The position numbers and the translations under genes were made by a program. A stretch of DNA of 63,845 nt, counting the filler. It is 6 parts of 6 records of this genome, joined end to end, with 100 filler letters (N's around TTAATTAATTAA, not from the genome) between each part and the next. Parts side by side here need not be neighbours in the genome. Positions count along the whole stretch, not along the records: positions 58,519 to 63,845 come from DRR723986_8971; 5 more parts are not named here. One strand, given 5' to 3'. Below the pieces are notes generated by a model, which was not told where the DNA came from, made no database searches, and saw only the letters and a list, made by a program, of their open reading frames with translations. Shown in pieces: positions 59,176-63,845 of this stretch; position 1 is the stretch's first letter; each line of letters starts with the position of its first letter.

Positions 59176-60789
59176 ATGGACCGGCGTCTGTTCCGGGCAG
59201 AGGCCCGGTGGGAAGATCTGCGGGCAGGATTTCATTGGAACATCCCAGAACGGATGAACATCGCACAGCTTTGCTGTGATGATTGGGCCGCCATTCGACC
59301 CGATCAGGTGGCGATCATTCATGTGGGCGCGAATGGTGACCGGCAGGAATGGACCTACGGGCAGCTCAAGCGCGGCTCGGACGGATTGGCCGTTGCCCTG
59401 GCCGCAAAAGGCGTGGGTCGGGGCGACCGGGTGGCGGTGCTGCTTGCGCAACATCCCTTTGTTTTATTGGCCCATATGGCTGTGATGAAGCTGGGGGCCG
59501 TGGTGCTGCCGCTGTTCACGCTGTTTGGCGAGGATGCCCTGCGCTATCGGTTGGCGGATAGCGGGGCCAAGGTTGTGGTGACTGACCCGACCAATCTGGA
59601 TCGGGTGGAGGCCCTGCAGGCCGCGATTCCGACGCTGAAGACGCTGATTTCAACCGGGCCTGCGCGCGCGCCGGTTCTGTCGCTGCCCGAGTTGATCGAA
59701 ACGCCCGCGCTGGGCTTTGTCGCGGCCGACACGCGGGCCGAAGATCCGGCGATGATGATCTACACATCGGGCACCACCGGTGACCCCAAGGGGGTGCTGC
59801 ATGCGCATCGGTTTCTTTATGGGCATCTGCCCTGCATGGAGCTGAGCCAGGGGCTGTTCCCGCGCCCCGGTGACGTCGGTTGGACGCCCGCAGATTGGGC
59901 CTGGATCGGCGGCTTGATGGATATGGCAATCCCCTGTCTTTTTTACGGAATTCCACTGGTCAGTCATCGGTTTGCAAAGTTTGAGCCAGAGGCGGCTTAC
60001 CGGCTGATGGCGCGCGAACGGGTGACGAATGCCTTCATCCCACCAACGGCCCTGCGGCTGATGAAACAGGCCGCAGCGCCCACGGGATTGCACCTGCGGG
60101 CGGTGAGTTCCGGGGGAGAGCCTTTAGGCGCGGATATGCTCGACTGGGGTGAGGCGGTTCTGCGAGCGGAGATCAACGAGCTTTACGGGCAGACCGAAGC
60201 GAACCTGATCGTGGCCGCGCGGTCCGCGATGATGACCCGTGTTCCGGGGGCCATGGGGCTGCCGGTGCCGGGGCATGAGGTGCGGGTTCTGGGCGCGGAT
60301 GACCGGGAAACCGGCGCGGGTGAAGTGGGAGAGGTCTGCCTGGCCATGCCCGATCCGGTAGCCTTCCTGCGCTATTGGAACAAACCGGAAGCCACGGAAA
60401 AGAAAGTAAAAAACGGCTGGTTTCGCACGGGCGATCTGGCCACGCGCGGGGCCGATGGACAGATCACGTTCCACGCCCGCGACGACGATGTGATCACTTC
60501 GGCGGGCTACAGGATTGGGCCGAGTGAGATCGAGGCGGCGTTGGTGCGGCACCCGGATGTGTTGATGGCCGCCGTGGTGGGGGAGCCAGATCCGATCCGC
60601 ACCGAGATCGTCGTGGCGCATGTGGTCTTGCGGGATGGCGCGGACTGGGAGGGCATGGAAGAGGCCCTTAAAACATTGGTGCGAGAGCGCGTCTCGGCCC
60701 ATCTTGTGCCGCGCAAGGTGCTGCGCCGGGACAGCCTGCCGATGACAGCCACAGGCAAGATCATGCGCCGTGCGCTGCGCGGTCACTGA
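59176..60789 (+). CDS. AMP-binding acyl-CoA synthetase
   Basis: YTSGTTGDPKG, YGQTE, TGD, DDVITSAGYRIGP.EIE, TGKI.R. Confidence 0.93.
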   Translation: MDRRLFRAEARWEDLRAGFHWNIPERMNIAQLCCDDWAAIRPDQVAIIHVGANGDRQEWTYGQLKRGSDGLAVALAAKGVGRGDRVAVLLAQHPFVLLAHMAVMKLGAVVLPLFTLFGEDALRYRLADSGAKVVVTDPTNLDRVEALQAAIPTLKTLISTGPARAPVLSLPELIETPALGFVAADTRAEDPAMMIYTSGTTGDPKGVLHAHRFLYGHLPCMELSQGLFPRPGDVGWTPADWAWIGGLMDMAIPCLFYGIPLVSHRFAKFEPEAAYRLMARERVTNAFIPPTALRLMKQAAAPTGLHLRAVSSGGEPLGADMLDWGEAVLRAEINELYGQTEANLIVAARSAMMTRVPGAMGLPVPGHEVRVLGADDRETGAGEVGEVCLAMPDPVAFLRYWNKPEATEKKVKNGWFRTGDLATRGADGQITFHARDDDVITSAGYRIGPSEIEAALVRHPDVLMAAVVGEPDPIRTEIVVAHVVLRDGADWEGMEEALKTLVRERVSAHLVPRKVLRRDSLPMTATGKIMRRALRGH

Positions 60790-60814
60790 GGCGAAAAACA
60801 GGGGGGTGCCACGC

Positions 60815-60855
60815 GTACACCCCCTGTGCACCCCCCGTACACCCCCCGTGCATAC
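60815..60855 (+). repeat. 11-bp tandem repeat
   Basis: GTACACCCCCT GTGCACCCCCC GTACACCCCCC GTGCATAC. Confidence 0.8.
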
Positions 60856-61008
60856 GGATTCCGGAAAATGACGCCGGGTGCGCGATGGGCTGTCGTTGAC
60901 GGAGAGTGGTGGTACGGGTGTTGTGGGGGACACGTGGCGAGAGCGAGAGTGAACGTAGTGCAGACCGAAAGAGGGGTGCAGACGGGAATTGCCCGCGATA
61001 AGCCCGAA

Positions 61009-61461
61009 GGGGACGGCATTCCGAACGCATCGGACAGCACCTGGTCACAGTTCCAGGTTGCAAGGACGGAACCGGACGGGACTCTCAGCTATCACACGCT
61101 TGACGCGCTCGGGATCACCGAGATCGACCTGATGGGCGATGCGACGAACAATGAGCTGCCCGATGGCTCGGTGATCACCGGTCAGACGACGTTTACCATG
61201 AACGGGCAGACCCGCACGGTGGGGGAGATGGTGCTCGCCACGGATGGGCTCGGGTATCGGCTGGAAGAGACGGAGAGCACCAGCGGCGGCACGACCACGC
61301 GCGATGCGAATCCCTTTTGTCAACACGACCTAGAGACCTGCCAGACCCGGATGCAATGAAGAGATGCCGATTCATAATGCGCGTGATATCGAGATGTCCA
61401 GTATAGGCGTTTGAATGGATTAATTGGAAATAGGTTTGGAGCTATGGAAGTTATGTTGTGA
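61009..61461 (+). pseudogene. Fragment of a large RTX/Ca-binding secreted protein
   Basis: GDGIPNASDSTWSQFQV...TLDALGITEIDL...LPDGSVITGQTTFT resembles an internal segment of RTX-type proteins; no credible start; in-frame stops at 61357, 61375 and 61384. Confidence 0.6.
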
Positions 61462-61787
61462 TTTTTCAAAAGGGAAAGAGAATCGCCCCCGCGATCATAG
61501 GGTTTTCTGTGTTTTCTTTGGCCTTGGGTGTTGAGATAATTGAGCGGGGAGGAGTGGGGGAATGGTATAATTACCAATTGAACTGGTTCGAACGGCATGG
61601 AAGTTTGATCAACACCCTCTCCTTCTCTGTGCGATGGCCTTCGGCGTGGTACTCACTACTAGGCGCCTTGCTCTCGCTGTTTAACTTCCGCAACATTAGA
61701 GTATTGGAAATAGCGGCTTGGGGGCTGATATCTTTGACGGTGCTGTCTCCACCGTTGATTGTTTTTTTGTATGTTTTGTTGGGTTGA
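61458..61787 (+). CDS. AT-rich small membrane protein (~3 TM)
   Basis: 109-aa hydrophobic ORF in a visibly low-GC patch. Confidence 0.55.
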   Translation: MIFQKGKRIAPAIIGFSVFSLALGVEIIERGGVGEWYNYQLNWFERHGSLINTLSFSVRWPSAWYSLLGALLSLFNFRNIRVLEIAAWGLISLTVLSPPLIVFLYVLLG

Positions 61788-61845
61788 GATTTTTTACCGG
61801 CGCGCAAGGGGAAAATTAAATTTATCGCTATGATGAAGAAGCAAA

Positions 61846-61916
61846 CGTAGGGTGGGCAGTTTGCCCACCGTCTTTCACGCTTCTGTCTCGCTGGTGGGCA
61901 AACTGCCCACCCTACG
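61846..61916. repeat. GTAG-family REP doublet (REPIN-like)
   Basis: CGTAGGGTGGGCAGTTTGCCCACC (61846-61869) and its exact reverse complement (61893-61916); each unit is itself palindromic. Confidence 0.88.
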
Positions 61917-61996
61917 GGGGATCGCAGGCATGCTCTTGTCGGCCGGTCGCGGCAGAGCGCTGACGTGAACCTGGCCATACTGCCGGGCATGTCCGG

Positions 61997-63280
61997 TCAG
62001 TGAACCATCTTCTTGATGCGGCGGGTCATGAGCCAGACGGCGGCAATGACCGGCAGCACCAGCAGGGCGGTGACCACCGGTTTCTCGATGCCGAAGCCAT
62101 AGCCAATGGGGGCCAGAAGGTAGCTGAGCAGGCTGACCGCGTAGTAGCTGATGGCCACAACCGACAGGCCTTCGACCGTTTCCTGAAGGCGCAGTTGCAG
62201 GGCGGCGCGGCGGTCCATGCTTTCCAGCAGATCCTGGTTCTGGGCGGACCGGCCGACCTCGACCTTGGTGCGCAGCAGTTCACCGGCGCGAAAGGCGCGG
62301 TCGGTCATGGAACGCAGCCGCGTTTCGGTGCTTTTCACCGTGCGCATGGCGGGATCGAACCGGCGCAGCATGAATTCCGCGAAGGTCTGGCGGCCAGAGA
62401 AGCGGTCTTCGCGCAGAACCTCGATCCGCTGGTGAACGATTGCCTCATAAGCGCCGGTCGCGCCGAAGCGGAACGAGGCCCGCGACATCAGGTTTTCCAG
62501 ATCGGTGGCGTAGCCGAGCAATTGGTCAAGCTGCTGGTCCGGCGCGGTGCTGTCGCCGGTCATGTCGCGCAGAAGCGCCGAGAGGCCGGCGTCGATCTGG
62601 GCCATGCGGTTGTTTAGTTCGCGGGCTTTGGGGAAACCCAGCATTGCCATGGCCTTGTAGGTCTCAATCTCGCACAGGCGCTGGACGATGCGACCGATGC
62701 GAGAGGGACCTGCCTCGGGGCGCGGGAAAATGGCGAAGCGCATATGGCCCGCCGGGTCGATGCGGAAGTCGCTGGCGAGTACCGCGTTGCCATCCAGCAC
62801 CCGATTGGCGGCGAGGCTTTCGGGTTCGAACCAATCCTGGAGGCAGGTTGATATGGCGTCGTCATCCGCGATGCCCTCGGAAATGCGAAAATGGGCAGAG
62901 GTGATGCGCGGGCCAGGGGCGGCGGCCATCCAGTCCTCTGGAAAGAGATCCCAGATGGCGGAATCGAAGGGACGGTCGCTCAGCCCCTCGCCATGCACCA
63001 GATAGGTCACGAATTCGGTGTGCTGTTCCCATTTCAGGTGATAGCGCCCGATCTTCCCTGAAAAATGGGTGGCGCCCGGCTTGGGGTGCTGGGCGTCGTA
63101 GCGGTCCAGCAGCGCGATCAGATGGGCGTGGTCGGCATCGCGGTCGCGGGCAGCGGCGTTCTTTTCGGGCTTGAGCGCGATGATCGCGGCCTGACTGCCA
63201 TGGCGGATCGACGGGAACGGCCGGGCATGCAGTTCATTCGCCAGATCGTAGCGCAGAGGGTGGTCGGGGAAGCTGGGCAT
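61997..63280 (-). CDS. DUF3422 family membrane-anchored protein
   Basis: DHPLR..LANELHARPF, KWEQHTEF, QRLCEIETY..MA, QLRLQETVEGLSVVAISYY. Confidence 0.9.
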   Translation of the reverse strand: MPSFPDHPLRYDLANELHARPFPSIRHGSQAAIIALKPEKNAAARDRDADHAHLIALLDRYDAQHPKPGATHFSGKIGRYHLKWEQHTEFVTYLVHGEGLSDRPFDSAIWDLFPEDWMAAAPGPRITSAHFRISEGIADDDAISTCLQDWFEPESLAANRVLDGNAVLASDFRIDPAGHMRFAIFPRPEAGPSRIGRIVQRLCEIETYKAMAMLGFPKARELNNRMAQIDAGLSALLRDMTGDSTAPDQQLDQLLGYATDLENLMSRASFRFGATGAYEAIVHQRIEVLREDRFSGRQTFAEFMLRRFDPAMRTVKSTETRLRSMTDRAFRAGELLRTKVEVGRSAQNQDLLESMDRRAALQLRLQETVEGLSVVAISYYAVSLLSYLLAPIGYGFGIEKPVVTALLVLPVIAAVWLMTRRIKKMVH

Positions 63281-63578
63281 GGGTCGTCCTTTGGCACGGA
63301 TGCCTAGCGATAGCCTGTGTGGAAGAGTTTTCAAGAATAAACTGAATGATAATAATAGGTTGGACGTGTGCAACGGTATACTGTGCAGGCTAACCCCCTC
63401 TGGTAGGACAAGAAATCGGCACCTGCCGGATGGTGGGGGGCAGATGGTCGCGCATGGATCGCGGCGGCCATGTCGGAAATGCACCCTGCGGCGTCCGTTC
63501 CGTTGTAGCCGGACAAAACGCACTGTAAAACCGCCTGCAACGCCCGGGCGAACGGGATCAAAGGGAAAGGGGATCAGT

Positions 63579-63845
63579 GTGAAGATAGGCGCTCCCAAGG
63601 AGATTGAAGCCGGAGAAAATCGCGTTGCGATGACGCCGGACAGTGCCGTGCAACTGCAAAAGCTGGGCTATGACTGCCTGATAGAGGCGGGTGCCGGCGC
63701 GAATGCAGGTTTTGCGGATGCCGATTACGAGGCTGCCGGTGTGACCGTGGTGAAGACCGCGGCGGCGCTTTGGAAGGAGTCTGACATTATTGCGAAGGTC
63801 CGGATTCCGACGGCGGTTGAGCTGAAGCGTTTGACGGCTGACAAG
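63579..63845 (+). CDS. pntA: NAD(P) transhydrogenase alpha subunit (5' part)
   Basis: Manual translation from GTG: MKIGAPKEIEAGENRVAMTPDSAVQLQKLGYDCLIEAGAGANAGFADADYEAAG. Confidence 0.88.
   Translation, partial: MKIGAPKEIEAGENRVAMTPDSAVQLQKLGYDCLIEAGAGANAGFADADYEAAGVTVVKTAAALWKESDIIAKVRIPTAVELKRLTADK

Overview
The window is not one locus. It is six unrelated contigs joined by 100-nt spacers (N-run + TTAATTAATTAA + N-run), so it looks like a concatenated marine metagenome assembly. (1) 1-19171, alphaproteobacterial (Roseibium/Labrenzia-like): tal, xerC, an accessory block (GNAT, Tat metallophosphoesterase, CDF transporter/MerR pair, GT-C-like membrane protein), and the mdh-sucC-sucD-sucA-sucB-lpdA cluster interrupted by a lipoprotein, a LysE exporter, a secreted caspase-like protein and an SDR. 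(2) 19272-26863, gammaproteobacterial: a steroid C/D-ring (HIP) catabolic cluster (FadA6/IpdE/IpdF-like) containing a YfaZ-like outer-membrane gene and an ERIC-like element. (3) 26964-32990, FCB-group-like: FadL plus SGNH lipase, an Omp85-like protein and cystathionine gamma-lyase/synthase. (4) 33091-45560, FCB group (Ignavibacteria/Kapabacteria-like): orphan murG, SPOR, RidA, LOG, J-domain, rhodanese, a sigma54 activator, a tandem-HTH gene divergent from a DUF2851 gene across an ~800-nt structured non-coding region, and a GT4. (5) 45661-58418, Marinobacter-like: chpA-chpB-chpC, zur-znuC-znuB, signalling genes and folE-folX. (6) 58519-63845, Rhodobacteraceae-like: acyl-CoA synthetase, a decayed RTX-like fragment with an AT-rich membrane ORF and a REP doublet, DUF3422 and pntA. 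No rRNA, tRNA, CRISPR array or transposase is recognisable. No new system can be proven from sequence alone. The best candidates are the tandem-HTH/structured RNA/DUF2851 locus, the YfaZ-containing steroid cluster, the decayed toxin-immunity-like cassette and the exported caspase-like protein. Taxonomic and family calls come from recalled motifs, not database searches.
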